NCBI GenBank assembly: GCA_015492075.1
Contig: WGFU01000037.1
Span: 74,941-138,940, forward strand
Reading direction: 5' to 3'
Length of the DNA stretch: 64,000 nt
Origin: Gammaproteobacteria bacterium
GTDB lineage: Bacteria; Pseudomonadota; Gammaproteobacteria; GCA-2400775
Position 1 is the first letter of the stretch; every line of letters starts with the position of its first letter. Below are positions 45,324 through 57,343 of the stretch, in pieces. The notes below the pieces were generated by a model. That model was not told the DNA's origin. It saw only the letters and a list, made by a program, of their open reading frames with translations, and ran no database searches. The position numbers and the translations under genes were made by a program.

Positions 45324-45791
45324 ATGGATATTAGAAAAGTAAAAAAACTCATCGAGTTGCTCGAGGACTCCGGGATCAACGAGATCGAAATTCACGAAGG
45401 TGAAGAGTCCGTCCGCATCAGCCGTAGCAGCGCTGCTGCAAGTGCTGTTATGGCGGCGCCTAATATGCCGATACAGCAGCACTTTGCAGCCCCTGTAGCA
45501 GCTCCGCTGCCCGCGGCCGCACCCGTGCAGGACACCAATACTGAAACCACAATTAGTGGTCACATTATGCGCGCGCCCATGGTTGGCACCTTTTATCGCT
45601 CGCCGTCACCCGGCGCCAAGGCCTTTTGTGATGTTGGCAGCCAGGTTAAAGCCGGTGACACCTTGTGTATTATCGAAGCCATGAAAATGCTTAACCAGAT
45701 CGAAGCCGACGTCAGCGGCACCATTAAAGAAATTCTTGGCGAGAATGGACAACCGGTGGAATACGACCAGCCGCTGTTTATCATTGAATAG
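45324..45791 (+). CDS. accB: Biotin carboxyl carrier protein
   Basis: [23 protein letters not shown]. Confidence 0.98.
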   Translation: MDIRKVKKLIELLEDSGINEIEIHEGEESVRISRSSAAASAVMAAPNMPIQQHFAAPVAAPLPAAAPVQDTNTETTISGHIMRAPMVGTFYRSPSPGAKAFCDVGSQVKAGDTLCIIEAMKMLNQIEADVSGTIKEILGENGQPVEYDQPLFIIE

Positions 45792-45809
45792 GTTGCAGCG
45801 AAGACTGAT

Positions 45810-47153
45810 ATGTTTGACAAAGTCCTGATTGCCAACCGCGGCGAAATCGCGCTGCGCGTGCTACGCGCCTGCCGCGAACTGGGTATTCGCACCGTTGCCG
45901 TTCATTCCACCGCTGACCGTGACCTGAAACACGTACGCCTGGCCGACGAGTCGGTCTGTATCGGTGGCCCAAATTCCATTGACAGCTATCTCAATGTGCC
46001 TGCGCTCATTAGTGCAGCCGAAGTTACTGACGCCATAGCCATCCATCCCGGTTATGGCTTTTTGTCCGAGAACGCCGACTTTGCCGAGAGGGTGGAACAA
46101 AGTGGTTTCACTTTTATCGGGCCACGCGCCGACACCATTCGCGCTATGGGTGACAAGGTATCTGCCATTCATTGCATGAGAAAAGCCGGTATCCCCTGTG
46201 TCCCGGGTTCGGATGGTCCGCTTGGGAGTCATGCCGAGACGAATTTACGCATTGCCCGCGAGATTGGCTACCCCGTCATCATCAAAGCCGCCGGCGGTGG
46301 CGGTGGCCGTGGTATGCGTGCCGTCCATACTGAAGCCAGCCTGCTGACGGCCATTTCCTTGACCCGTACCGAAGCAGCCAGCGCCTTCGGCAATGACATG
46401 GTCTATATGGAAAAATATCTGGAGAATCCGCGTCATATCGAAATCCAGGTATTAGCGGATGAGCACGGTAACGCCATCCATCTAGGTGAACGCGACTGCT
46501 CTATGCAGCGCCGCCATCAAAAAGTCATGGAAGAAGCGCCGGCCCCAGGAATTAGCGCCAAAACACGCAAAAAAATCGGCGCACTGTGTTCTAAAGCATG
46601 CCGCGACATTGGCTATCGCGGCGTCGGCACCTTCGAATTTCTCTACGAAAACGACGAGTTCTACTTCATAGAAATGAATACACGCCTGCAGGTAGAACAT
46701 TGCGTAACCGAAATGGTTACCGGTATCGACCTGGTCAAACAGCAACTGCTGGTTGCGGCAGGAGAGAAACTGAGCCTGCGCCAGGACGATATCCACATCA
46801 CCGGACACGCCATTGAATGCCGCCTTAACGCCGAAGACCCAGAAAATTTTATGCCCTCACCGGGAACCATAAAACGGTTTCATGTCCCAGGTGGCCCAGG
46901 CATACGTATCGATTCACATTTATATAGTGGCTATGTAGTGCCACCTTACTACGATTCCATGGTTGGCAAGCTGATTGCCCATGGCGAAGATCGGGCATCG
47001 GCCTTGGCACGCATGCGCACAGCGCTCAACGAGATTGTTATCGACGGCATCAAAACCAATGTTCCCTTACATCAAAGTCTGATTGATGACAGTAATTTCG
47101 CCGCCGGCGGCACCAGCATTCATTATCTCGAACGCAAACTGGGCCTGGCTTAA
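45810..47153 (+). CDS. accC: Biotin carboxylase
   Basis: [46 protein letters not shown]. Confidence 0.98.
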   Translation: MFDKVLIANRGEIALRVLRACRELGIRTVAVHSTADRDLKHVRLADESVCIGGPNSIDSYLNVPALISAAEVTDAIAIHPGYGFLSENADFAERVEQSGFTFIGPRADTIRAMGDKVSAIHCMRKAGIPCVPGSDGPLGSHAETNLRIAREIGYPVIIKAAGGGGGRGMRAVHTEASLLTAISLTRTEAASAFGNDMVYMEKYLENPRHIEIQVLADEHGNAIHLGERDCSMQRRHQKVMEEAPAPGISAKTRKKIGALCSKACRDIGYRGVGTFEFLYENDEFYFIEMNTRLQVEHCVTEMVTGIDLVKQQLLVAAGEKLSLRQDDIHITGHAIECRLNAEDPENFMPSPGTIKRFHVPGGPGIRIDSHLYSGYVVPPYYDSMVGKLIAHGEDRASALARMRTALNEIVIDGIKTNVPLHQSLIDDSNFAAGGTSIHYLERKLGLA

Positions 47154-47184
47154 AACACGGCCGGGCTGAGCGGGCACCGCGTTA

Positions 47185-48075
47185 ATGCAAAACACCACCC
47201 AGTGGCTGCAGATTATCGTCAACACCAGCGCCGACAACAGCGACATCGTTTCCGGGCACCTAGAATCCCTGGGCGCTCTCGCCGTCACCTTGCAAGACGG
47301 CGCTGACGAAGCACTCTTCGAGACCGTGCCACACAGTGAAAGTCGGTGGCAAACTACTAAGGTCATCGGTTTGTTTGATAATGACCGAACCCTAGAAACC
47401 CTAGGAGAGCAGTTCGCCCAGCAGTATGGTGGCAATTGTCCCAGCTTCGAAATCGAGCTGCTGGAGGATGATGCCTGGGAACGACGCTATCTCGAACACG
47501 TTAAACCGATGAAATTTGGCCAACGCCTGTGGATCTGCCCCAGCTGGATTGACGCCACACCCGCACCAGATGCGCGCATCGTCAGTCTCGATCCCGGCCT
47601 GGCCTTCGGCACCGGTACCCATGCCACCACATCACTATGTCTGGAATGGATCGATCGCTGTGACTTTACCGATAAAACCGTCATCGATTATGGTTGCGGC
47701 TCAGGCATTCTTGCCGTCGCAGCGATCAAATGCGGCGCCCGCCACGTCGATGCCGTTGACCATGACGAACAGGCATTGCTCGCCACCGCCAACAATGCCG
47801 AGAAAAACCGATGTCGAGATCAAATTGAAGTATTCCTGCCCGACCAGTTTAACGGTGATAGCGCTGACATTGTTTTCGCTAACATCCTTGCTGGTCCGTT
47901 AATTGACCTTGCCGAGACTCTGGCCGCTGTCTGCAACAGCGGCGCAAATCTGATATTGTCAGGACTGTTATCATACCAATACCCTGCCTTGCACAATGCT
48001 TACTCGCCGTGGTTTGAGCTCGGGCCGGGGCAAGAGAAAGAGGGTTGGATTTTGATAGAATGTCAAAAGCGCTGA
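47185..48075 (+). CDS. prmA: Ribosomal protein L11 methyltransferase
   Basis: LDPGLAFGTGTH.TT, DYGCGSGILA, ANILA, LSGLL. Confidence 0.96.
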   Translation: MQNTTQWLQIIVNTSADNSDIVSGHLESLGALAVTLQDGADEALFETVPHSESRWQTTKVIGLFDNDRTLETLGEQFAQQYGGNCPSFEIELLEDDAWERRYLEHVKPMKFGQRLWICPSWIDATPAPDARIVSLDPGLAFGTGTHATTSLCLEWIDRCDFTDKTVIDYGCGSGILAVAAIKCGARHVDAVDHDEQALLATANNAEKNRCRDQIEVFLPDQFNGDSADIVFANILAGPLIDLAETLAAVCNSGANLILSGLLSYQYPALHNAYSPWFELGPGQEKEGWILIECQKR

Positions 48076-48078
48076 ACT

Positions 48079-48639
48079 ATGAACAAACCTGCTGAACCCA
48101 AACGCGGAGCTGAAGAGGCACTGCGCGAGCAGACGCTACACTATCAGAGCCAGCTTCATCTGCCACGGCGCTCCTTCTGGTGGCTGGTCATTATCCTGAC
48201 ACTCATTGTATTACTTGCTATACAGCTTAGCTTTTACTTTCAACAGCATCTACGCACCCATCCCATTGCCCAGCCCTGGCTGGGGCTGCTCTGTCAGTGG
48301 CTACCCTGTGAAGACAATGCCGGCAACCCATACCAGACGCTCCGCATTGTCAGCCGCGAAGTGATCGCCCATCCAACAGTCGCCAAGGCGGTACAGGTTA
48401 ATGCCACGCTTATCAATCAAGGCGAGCAGGCCCTGGCTTTGCCAAGGCTGGGTTTGAGTTTTAAAAATATTGACGGTCAGATTATTGCCCAGCGCCGATT
48501 CAGCCCGGAAGAATATCTGGCCGACGATCTCGACATTGGCGCCGGCATGCCACCACAACAATTGGTACGCGTATCTCTCGACCTGGTCGACCCTGGCGAC
48601 AGTGCCGTCGCTTTTGAATTTGAATTTCTCACCCCGTAG
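48079..48639 (+). CDS. DUF3426-like membrane protein
   Basis: TM, then C..L.C, R.F.P.EYL, DPG..A. Sits between prmA and dusB. No N-terminal zinc ribbon. Confidence 0.78.
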   Translation: MNKPAEPKRGAEEALREQTLHYQSQLHLPRRSFWWLVIILTLIVLLAIQLSFYFQQHLRTHPIAQPWLGLLCQWLPCEDNAGNPYQTLRIVSREVIAHPTVAKAVQVNATLINQGEQALALPRLGLSFKNIDGQIIAQRRFSPEEYLADDLDIGAGMPPQQLVRVSLDLVDPGDSAVAFEFEFLTP

Positions 48640-48739
48640 CCATAAACAATACTTCCATAAGCTGCATAAAGTTTAGTATTATGCCTTCCCTTTTTTTGAT
48701 TTAGCACGGTAGCGAATCAGCGCCACCAGCAGAAAACCC

Positions 48740-49729
48740 ATGTTCCAGATTGGCCCTTATACACTGCGCAACAATGTCGTGCTAGCCCCTATGGCTGGGG
48801 TCACAGATCGACCGTTTCGACAGTTGTGCAAAAAACTCGGCGCTGGCATGGCCGTATCCGAAATGGTGTCGTCGAACTCCCTGTTATGGGGCAGCGAAAA
48901 AACCAAACGTCGCGCCAATCACGATGGCGAAGTTGAACCACGTTCGATACAGATTGCCGGCACGGAACCGAAGTTGATGGCTGCAGCCGCCAAGCATAAT
49001 GTCGATAATGGCGCGCAAATTATTGATATCAACATGGGCTGCCCAGCAAAAAAAGTCTGCAATGTAATGGCGGGCTCAGCTTTATTGCAACACGAAGATA
49101 AAGTCGCCACCATTCTCAAGGCGGTAGTAAATGCAGTCAATGTACCGGTGACATTAAAAATTCGCACCGGCTGGGATACTGATCATCGCAATGGCGTCAA
49201 CATCGCGCGCATAGCCGAAGACTGCGGCGTGCAAGCACTGGCGGTTCATGGCCGTACACGTGCTTGCGCTTATAAGGGCGAAGCGGAATATGACACCATC
49301 GCCGCGATAAAAAATGCCATAAAAATTCCTGTCATCGCCAATGGCGATATCACCACACCACAAAAAGCACGTGCGGTGCTTGACTATACCAAAGCCGATG
49401 CCGTCATGATTGGCCGTGCAGCGCAAGGACGCCCATGGCTGTTAGGAATTATCGATCACTATCTGCGACACGATGAATTATTAGATGACCCACCTGCGCA
49501 TGAAATCCGTGATATCATGCTTGCGCACCTCGAAAATCTTTATGCTTTTTATGGCGAGTACAGCGGGGTGCGCATCGCGCGCAAACACATCTCTTGGTAC
49601 AGTAGGGGTCAACGAGATGGCGCCGCTTTTCGACATGCAATGAGCCGCGTCGAAAGTTGTGACGCTCAACTGAATATGGCGCGTACGTTTTTTGATCAAC
49701 TAGAAAACAAAATAGGTCAAGCTGCGTGA
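48740..49729 (+). CDS. dusB: tRNA-dihydrouridine synthase B
   Basis: LAPMAGVTDRPFR, DINMGCPAKKV, KIRTGW, HGRTR, ANGDI, RIARKH. Confidence 0.97.
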   Translation: MFQIGPYTLRNNVVLAPMAGVTDRPFRQLCKKLGAGMAVSEMVSSNSLLWGSEKTKRRANHDGEVEPRSIQIAGTEPKLMAAAAKHNVDNGAQIIDINMGCPAKKVCNVMAGSALLQHEDKVATILKAVVNAVNVPVTLKIRTGWDTDHRNGVNIARIAEDCGVQALAVHGRTRACAYKGEAEYDTIAAIKNAIKIPVIANGDITTPQKARAVLDYTKADAVMIGRAAQGRPWLLGIIDHYLRHDELLDDPPAHEIRDIMLAHLENLYAFYGEYSGVRIARKHISWYSRGQRDGAAFRHAMSRVESCDAQLNMARTFFDQLENKIGQAA

Positions 49730-50013
49730 GTGCATTACCTGAAAACGTAATAAAAATAAACGAATTTTCCAATAAAGAAACACCGTTACCCTTAAATGGC
49801 CACGTCAGGGCGGCGGTAGAACATTATTTTAGCGATCTTGACGGCCATATGCCGGAAGACCTTTACCGCATGGTATTAAGCGAAGTAGAGCGCCCACTGT
49901 TTGAAACTGTCTTACAACAGTGTGGCGGCAATCTTAGTCAGGCCGCGCGCCTGCTGGGTATAAATCGCGCCACTCTGCGTAAAAAACTGTGTCACTACGG
50001 CATCTCACACTAA
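49726..50013 (+). CDS. fis: Fis DNA-binding protein
   Basis: LY.MVL.EVERPL, GN..QAA..LGINR.TLRKKL. Coupled to dusB. Confidence 0.92.
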   Translation: MSALPENVIKINEFSNKETPLPLNGHVRAAVEHYFSDLDGHMPEDLYRMVLSEVERPLFETVLQQCGGNLSQAARLLGINRATLRKKLCHYGISH

Positions 50014-50052
50014 CCTATATTTTACCCTTACGGGGTCAAGCCCTTAACAACC

Positions 50053-51615
50053 ATGAATATTCGTCGCGCCCTAATCAGTGTTTCTGACAAACGTGGCGTC
50101 ATCGAGTTTGCTCGTGAACTGAGCCGACTTGGTGTCAGCCTGTTATCCACCGGCGGTACCGCCAAACTGTTGCAAGAAAACGGCCTCGATGTTACCGAGG
50201 TGTCGGAGCATACTGGCTTCCCGGAAATCATGGGTGGGCGCGTCAAGACCCTGCACCCCAAAATCCACGGTGGCATCTTGGGGCGTCGCCAAATCGATGA
50301 CAAGGTTGCACAAGAGCATGACATCGACTACATCGATTTGGTTTGCGTTAATCTCTATCCGTTTGCCGCGACGATCGCTAAAGAAAATTGCTCTTTCGAC
50401 GATGCCATCGAGAATATCGATATCGGTGGCCCCACCATGGTGCGTGCGGCGGCAAAAAACCATACCTCGGTAGCTATTGTGACCGACCCTGATGACTATA
50501 GCGCCCTGCTCGAAGAGCTGAAAAACAACAGTGGTAATATTAGTAATGCGCGCCGACTGCAATTAGCGCAAAAGGCCTTTGCCCATACTGCAAACTATGA
50601 TGGCGCCGTGTCAAACTATCTTGGCAGCCTCAATCAAAAGCCGGAAGACCCTTTCCCGGTCAGTTACAGCGTCCAGTTCAGAAAAGCCCAGTCGCTACGT
50701 TATGGTGAAAACCCGCATCAACGCGCGGCGTTTTACCAAGATCTTGGTGCCGCAACGGGTAATATTGCTCATGCCACGCAAATTCAAGGCAAGGCCTTGT
50801 CATTTAATAATATTGCCGATGCCGATGCCGCGCTCGAATGCGTTAAAGCAATGGGGGATGCGCCCGCATGCGTCATAGTCAAGCATGCCAACCCCTGCGG
50901 TGTCGCCCATGGCGCAGACCTGGCCAGCGCCTACCAGCGTGCCTTCAGCTGTGATCCGACATCGGCCTTTGGTGGCATTATCGCCGTCAACCAAACACTT
51001 GATGAGCAAACTGCACGTGCCATCATTGAGCGCCAATTCGTCGAGGTCATCATCGCGCCAAGCATCAGCGATGGTGCTCGCACCGTATTGGCCGAAAAAA
51101 ACAATGTCAGGGTGCTGGCCTGTGGCAAATGGCTGACCACTGTCAATTACCAATATGATTACAAGCGTATTAATGGCGGCTTGCTGGTGCAGGACAGTGA
51201 TTGTGGCCTACTCAGCGATGACATGATTAAAATCGTCAGCCAGCGCGCGCCCAGTGATGATGAAATGCGCGATCTGCGTTTTGCCTGGTCGGTGGCCAAA
51301 TACGTCAAGTCCAACGCCATTGTCTATGCCCGCGACCAATTGACAGTGGGTGTGGGCGCCGGCCAAATGAGCCGCATCGACAGCGCTCGTATCGCAGCCA
51401 GCAAAGCGCAGGACGCCGGCTTTGATGTCAGCGGCAGTGTAATGGCGTCAGATGCCTTTTTTCCTTTTCGTGATGGGCTTGATAGCGCCGCTAAAGTCGG
51501 GGTCAGCGCCGTCATTCAACCAGGCGGCTCTATTCGTGACGATGAAGTAATCGAAGCTGCCAACGAACACAATATCGCCATGGTATTTACCGGCATGCGT
51601 CACTTCCGTCACTAG
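50053..51615 (+). CDS. purH: Bifunctional AICAR transformylase/IMP cyclohydrolase
   Basis: [46 protein letters not shown]. Confidence 0.98.
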   Translation: MNIRRALISVSDKRGVIEFARELSRLGVSLLSTGGTAKLLQENGLDVTEVSEHTGFPEIMGGRVKTLHPKIHGGILGRRQIDDKVAQEHDIDYIDLVCVNLYPFAATIAKENCSFDDAIENIDIGGPTMVRAAAKNHTSVAIVTDPDDYSALLEELKNNSGNISNARRLQLAQKAFAHTANYDGAVSNYLGSLNQKPEDPFPVSYSVQFRKAQSLRYGENPHQRAAFYQDLGAATGNIAHATQIQGKALSFNNIADADAALECVKAMGDAPACVIVKHANPCGVAHGADLASAYQRAFSCDPTSAFGGIIAVNQTLDEQTARAIIERQFVEVIIAPSISDGARTVLAEKNNVRVLACGKWLTTVNYQYDYKRINGGLLVQDSDCGLLSDDMIKIVSQRAPSDDEMRDLRFAWSVAKYVKSNAIVYARDQLTVGVGAGQMSRIDSARIAASKAQDAGFDVSGSVMASDAFFPFRDGLDSAAKVGVSAVIQPGGSIRDDEVIEAANEHNIAMVFTGMRHFRH

Positions 51616-51623
51616 CGCTCATT

Positions 51624-52904
51624 ATGAAGGTACTTGTCATAGGCAGTGGTGGCCGCGAACACGCACTGGCCTGGAAAGCCGCACAATCGCCCAAAGTCGA
51701 CATCGTCTATGTTGCCCCCGGCAATGCCGGCACGGCGATGGAACCTGGTTTGCAAAACCTCGATATCAGCGCTGACGATTATCCAGCACTCTTGGCCTTT
51801 GCCCAAGACAATAATATTGAACTCACCATCGTTGGACCCGAAGCACCGTTGGTCGCAGGCATCGTCGATCTGTTTCAGGCGCAAGGACTGGCCTGTTTCG
51901 GCCCCTCACAAAAGGCCGCACAGCTGGAGGCATCCAAGGCCTACAGCAAAGATTTTTTACAGCGTCACAATATCCCCAGCGCATTTTATGCCAGTTTCAG
52001 CGACGCCGGTAACGCTATCGAGTATTTGCGCCAGCAAAGCCTGCCCGCTGTGATCAAGGCCGATGGCCTGGCCGCGGGCAAGGGCGTGGTAATTGTTGAA
52101 GACCTGCAGCACGGCATTGACACCATTGACAGCATGATGCAGGCCGGCAAATTTGGCCGCGCTGGTGAACGTATTGTGATCGAAGAATTCCTCCACGGTG
52201 AAGAAGTCAGCTTCATCGCCATGGTCGACGGTGAACATATTCTGCCCCTGGCCACCTCGCAAGACCATAAGGCACGCGATGAAGGGGATAAAGGCCCAAA
52301 TACCGGCGGCATGGGCGCCTATTCACCAGCACCCATCGTTGATGCTGCTTTGCATCAACGCATCATGAGCGAGGTCATGATTCCGACCGTTAAAGGAATG
52401 GCGGCTGAAGGTGCACCATACACCGGCTTTCTTTATGCCGGCATCATGGTCACTGCCGACGGCACGCCCAAAGTGCTGGAATTCAACTGCCGTTTCGGCG
52501 ACCCCGAAACGCAACCGATAATGATGCGCTTACAAAGTGATCTGGTTGATCTTTGTCTCGCTGCGCTCAATAAAAACCTCGGCAGCGCGTCAACCAAGTG
52601 GGACCCTCGCGTTGCCCTTGGCGTGGTGCTCGCTGCTGGCGGCTATCCCGGTGATTACCGTAAAGGCGATGTCATCCACGGCCTTGACGCGGTGCAAAAC
52701 GCCAAGGTGTTTCATGCCGGCACGGCAAGCGACCATGGCAATATTGTCACCCATGGCGGTCGTGTCCTCTGTGTTTGCGCACTGGGTGATGATACGCTGC
52801 AGGCCCAGCAAGCCGCTTACTCCGCTGTTGCCTTCATTGATTGGCCGGATATGCAGTACCGCAAGGATATCGGCCACCGCGCCATAGCGCGCTTGTCAAC
52901 ATAG
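51624..52904 (+). CDS. purD: Phosphoribosylamine-glycine ligase
   Basis: GSGGREHA, KADGLAAGKGV, GPNTGGMG, EFNCRFGDPE. Confidence 0.98.
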   Translation: MKVLVIGSGGREHALAWKAAQSPKVDIVYVAPGNAGTAMEPGLQNLDISADDYPALLAFAQDNNIELTIVGPEAPLVAGIVDLFQAQGLACFGPSQKAAQLEASKAYSKDFLQRHNIPSAFYASFSDAGNAIEYLRQQSLPAVIKADGLAAGKGVVIVEDLQHGIDTIDSMMQAGKFGRAGERIVIEEFLHGEEVSFIAMVDGEHILPLATSQDHKARDEGDKGPNTGGMGAYSPAPIVDAALHQRIMSEVMIPTVKGMAAEGAPYTGFLYAGIMVTADGTPKVLEFNCRFGDPETQPIMMRLQSDLVDLCLAALNKNLGSASTKWDPRVALGVVLAAGGYPGDYRKGDVIHGLDAVQNAKVFHAGTASDHGNIVTHGGRVLCVCALGDDTLQAQQAAYSAVAFIDWPDMQYRKDIGHRAIARLST

Positions 52905-52910
52905 TGCGCC

Positions 52911-54399
<1,489 letters not shown>

Positions 54400-54439
54400 A
54401 AGGCTGTTTGAAACCGGTACACTGCTGCATTATTTCTTA

Positions 54440-54580
54440 GAACCTGTTCATAATCTTGATCAAGGGATGCAGCGCAAGGCAAAAGTGATTGAGAAAACGC
54501 AGCATACACGAAGTATGTGAGTATTTTGAAAGCACTTTTAACACCGCGAAGCGCCCTTCAGCGAGATTATGAGCAGGTTC
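54440..54580. mobile_element. 141-bp palindromic MITE with 17-bp TIRs and a TTA target duplication
   Basis: GAACCTGTTCATAATCT ... AGATTATGAGCAGGTTC (16/17 match). TTA flanks both ends. Nested internal stems. Confidence 0.8.
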
Positions 54581-54625
54581 TTAACGGCTTTCTGGCCAAG
54601 CCGCCACTAAACTAGGTAAATAACA

Positions 54626-55126
54626 ATGGACAACGACATCAGCATCCAGAAAAATCGCGTTGCTTATTTCCAATTCACACTCAAAGACGACGACGATAAT
54701 ATTTTAATGGAAGTCACCGAGGACAGAAGCTATGTCCATGGTCATGGCACGCTGATAGCCGGGCTGGAAAAAGCCCTGGAAAACCGTAAAAATGGTGATG
54801 AATTTTCAGTATCCATACCACCTGCCGACGCCTACGGCGAACACAGCCCGGAGCTGCTGCGCGTATTCGGAATCGACAAATTCGATATGGGTGATGATGA
54901 GCCCGAGATCGGCATGACCTTTGATCTGCCCAGCAATACCGGTTTTCACCGTTTTCGCGTTGTCGGCATTGAAGGCGACAACATCGCCGCCGACGGTAAC
55001 CATCCTTGGGCTGGAATGACCTTGCATTACGATATCAAAGTCACCGGTGTGCGCGATGCCAAGGCCGAAGAGATCGAGAAAAAGTCACCCATCGAACTTG
55101 AAATACCCGGCATCATCGGCGCCTAG
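54626..55126 (+). CDS. slyD: FKBP-type peptidyl-prolyl isomerase (SlyD-like, no His tail)
   Basis: YVHG.G.LI.GLE.AL, P.DAYG, DGNHP.AG.TL, VRDA..EEI. Confidence 0.85.
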   Translation: MDNDISIQKNRVAYFQFTLKDDDDNILMEVTEDRSYVHGHGTLIAGLEKALENRKNGDEFSVSIPPADAYGEHSPELLRVFGIDKFDMGDDEPEIGMTFDLPSNTGFHRFRVVGIEGDNIAADGNHPWAGMTLHYDIKVTGVRDAKAEEIEKKSPIELEIPGIIGA

Positions 55127-55161
55127 CACCCTACTGACAACTGGCACTTAAACCCCAAAGC

Positions 55162-55962
55162 TTAACTAGGGCGGCGCGGTCTCGAGATTTTTTTCAGCTG
55201 CGCGAGAATATCTCCATAGCTTCCGGTAATGACTTGTCGCAGGTCTTCGCGCGCAGATTCATGCGTGCGACCCGAAGTGGCCATTTGTGCCACCAGACGA
55301 TCAAACTGCTCTCGGCATTCGCTGGCCAGGTCACTATTGCCTCGCCGGCTGTGAACCGGGCTCATGAGCGTTGATCCGCACTGGCAATGGCGGAACAGCT
55401 CGACAATAGCTTGCTCATCGTCGCTAAAACCCTGTTTGAGTCCAGTCCCTGCTGAAGTAGAAACGGTATCGCGAATGAACTCCTCTAGCGTTTGATAGCT
55501 GCGCCCACAATTACGGCAAGTCTTGGGGAAGTCACCATCGACAACAGAGCGCAAACCAACTAGACTCATTTTCGGCCTCGCTCTTTCGGTATCAACACCT
55601 TCTTCAAGTAGTGTCCGAACCGCGTTCACCATCACAGACGATTTGCCCAGGTGCGCTGTCATCACAATCTCACTGCCGCTATGACGTTCACGCGCCGCTG
55701 CAATCAGTGCCGGAATATCTTCGTTGACATGCCGCCCGGCGCCAAGAAAATACGGCAATATAACAATTCGCGCAGCCCCGGCAGCGACAGCTTGATCAAT
55801 AGCATCGGCAAGACTGGGCTGCGCCAACTCAAGAAAGGCCGCACTGACTGCTGCAAAGTTCACTGATCCTGTCAAACGCTGACACAGTTGCAATACTTCT
55901 TGGTTCGCTTGTTGGCGCCGGCTGCCGTGGGCAACAAGCAATAAATGAGAATGATCTAACAT
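55162..55962 (-). CDS. CbiX/SirB-type chelatase domain fused to a Cys-rich (CxxC...CxC) domain
   Basis: AHGSR, AFLELA.PS, PYFL..GRHV..DIP, followed by FPKTCRNCG...ELFRHCQCGSTLM. Confidence 0.8.
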   Translation of the reverse strand: MLDHSHLLLVAHGSRRQQANQEVLQLCQRLTGSVNFAAVSAAFLELAQPSLADAIDQAVAAGAARIVILPYFLGAGRHVNEDIPALIAAARERHSGSEIVMTAHLGKSSVMVNAVRTLLEEGVDTERARPKMSLVGLRSVVDGDFPKTCRNCGRSYQTLEEFIRDTVSTSAGTGLKQGFSDDEQAIVELFRHCQCGSTLMSPVHSRRGNSDLASECREQFDRLVAQMATSGRTHESAREDLRQVITGSYGDILAQLKKISRPRRPS

Positions 55963-56039
55963 GGGCTCCCCGCCAAAAATGCGGCCATTGTGGATAACGA
56001 CAGTGTCGCCTTATGCATGACTAGACGTATCAGCACACA

Positions 56040-56504
56040 CTACGGCTCGAAACAAATTTCCACGAAAAACTCACCGGCATCGGTAGAAAACGGCAAAATC
56101 AGTTTCGGCCCACTCGATTTATGGACAATGCAATGATTCTTGCCAGCTACCACTGTCGGAATTGCCATATCAAAATCATAGCCTTTTTGCTCAAACAATG
56201 CCTTGGCGCCGCCTGTGGCCATATTAGTGATCTCGCCCACCAGATCCGTCACCGACTCATCCACCTCGGTCGGATGATCACCCAGCATCTTGCTGGCAAT
56301 ATTAAAAATCGCTCGCTCGGTAAAGGTGATAGCAAAGGAGCCCTTGGTTTGCTGGCCGGTCATACCAATCAAACCGGTGACATCGCCTTTTGCGACGTCA
56401 TCTGTCTTCAATGATGGCGTGCCCGCCGTCACTGTCATAGAAGCCATGGTCGATAACACATTGACTACTGATTCCAGGAACGGATTGACAAAATCTGCCT
56501 TCAC
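56040..56504 (-). CDS. cheX: Chemotaxis phosphatase CheX
   Basis: FVNPFL, GDVTGLIG, D.VGEITNM..G, P.VV.G..H, F.VE. RBS GGAGG. Confidence 0.92.
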   Translation of the reverse strand: MKADFVNPFLESVVNVLSTMASMTVTAGTPSLKTDDVAKGDVTGLIGMTGQQTKGSFAITFTERAIFNIASKMLGDHPTEVDESVTDLVGEITNMATGGAKALFEQKGYDFDMAIPTVVAGKNHCIVHKSSGPKLILPFSTDAGEFFVEICFEP

Positions 56505-56577
56505 TCAGGCCTCCTTGCATATTACACACCGAAACTGAGGGCCACGGCGTAACTTAACACTCGCGCTATTACTAAAG

Positions 56578-56602
56578 ATCGGCAATAAAGTGAATAACTT
56601 GA
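56578..56602 (-). promoter_or_regulatory. Putative sigma28 promoter of cheX
   Basis: Minus strand TCAAG-N14-GCCGAT. Confidence 0.55.
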
Positions 56603-56631
56603 CGCAAGAACCCGGGGCAAGGCTGACCATT

Positions 56632-57213
56632 CTATTTCAGCACAGACTGCAAACTTTTTCGTAGCTCGGGCACCACATCACGTTCAAACCAAGGGTTCTT
56701 TTTCATCCACAAGCGATTGCGTGGCGAAGGGTGCGGCAAGGGCCAGTAATACGGTGCGTATTGCTGCCATTTCTTGACAGTATCTGCCAATGTTTGGCCT
56801 TTGACATCGAGATAATGCCGTTGCGCATACTGGCCAATCAGCAAAACAGATTGAAGATTCGGCAATTGCTTTAAAACTCGCTGATGCCATTGCTCCGCGC
56901 ATTCTTTGCGCGGCGGCAAATCACCCGAGCTGCCGGTGCCAGGATAGCAAAAACCCATCGGCATAATGGCTATCGCCGGGTGAGAATAAAAGAGTTGGCG
57001 CTCAACAGCCAGCCACTGGCGCAAACGGTCACCGCTGGGGTCGTTCCAGGGAATGCCAGTTGCGTGCACCTTACGTCCCGGCGCCTGACCAATAATAAGC
57101 AAGCGCGCTGTTTTACGTGCAACCAGCACCGGTCGCGGCGCATTCGGCAAATGTGCGGCACATATCTGGCAGGCCTGCACTTCGCGCAATAGCTGTTGTA
57201 ATGTTTGCTTCAT
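56632..57213 (-). CDS. Uracil-DNA glycosylase superfamily protein
   Basis: C..C, IGQAPG..VH.TG.PWND.SG.RLR.W, MGFCYPG, LPHPSPRN. Confidence 0.9.
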   Translation of the reverse strand: MKQTLQQLLREVQACQICAAHLPNAPRPVLVARKTARLLIIGQAPGRKVHATGIPWNDPSGDRLRQWLAVERQLFYSHPAIAIMPMGFCYPGTGSSGDLPPRKECAEQWHQRVLKQLPNLQSVLLIGQYAQRHYLDVKGQTLADTVKKWQQYAPYYWPLPHPSPRNRLWMKKNPWFERDVVPELRKSLQSVLK

Positions 57214-57343
57214 GAAAAGCGATTTAAGAGACTGTATGCTAAATCTGGTAGTTTAGCCCCTCTTTATCAAGTATGGGAAAAATGCCCAGCCTCCTGTCAT
57301 GACGCGCAGCAGCCAAGGCACCGTTCGCTCAAGGCCCCCATCG

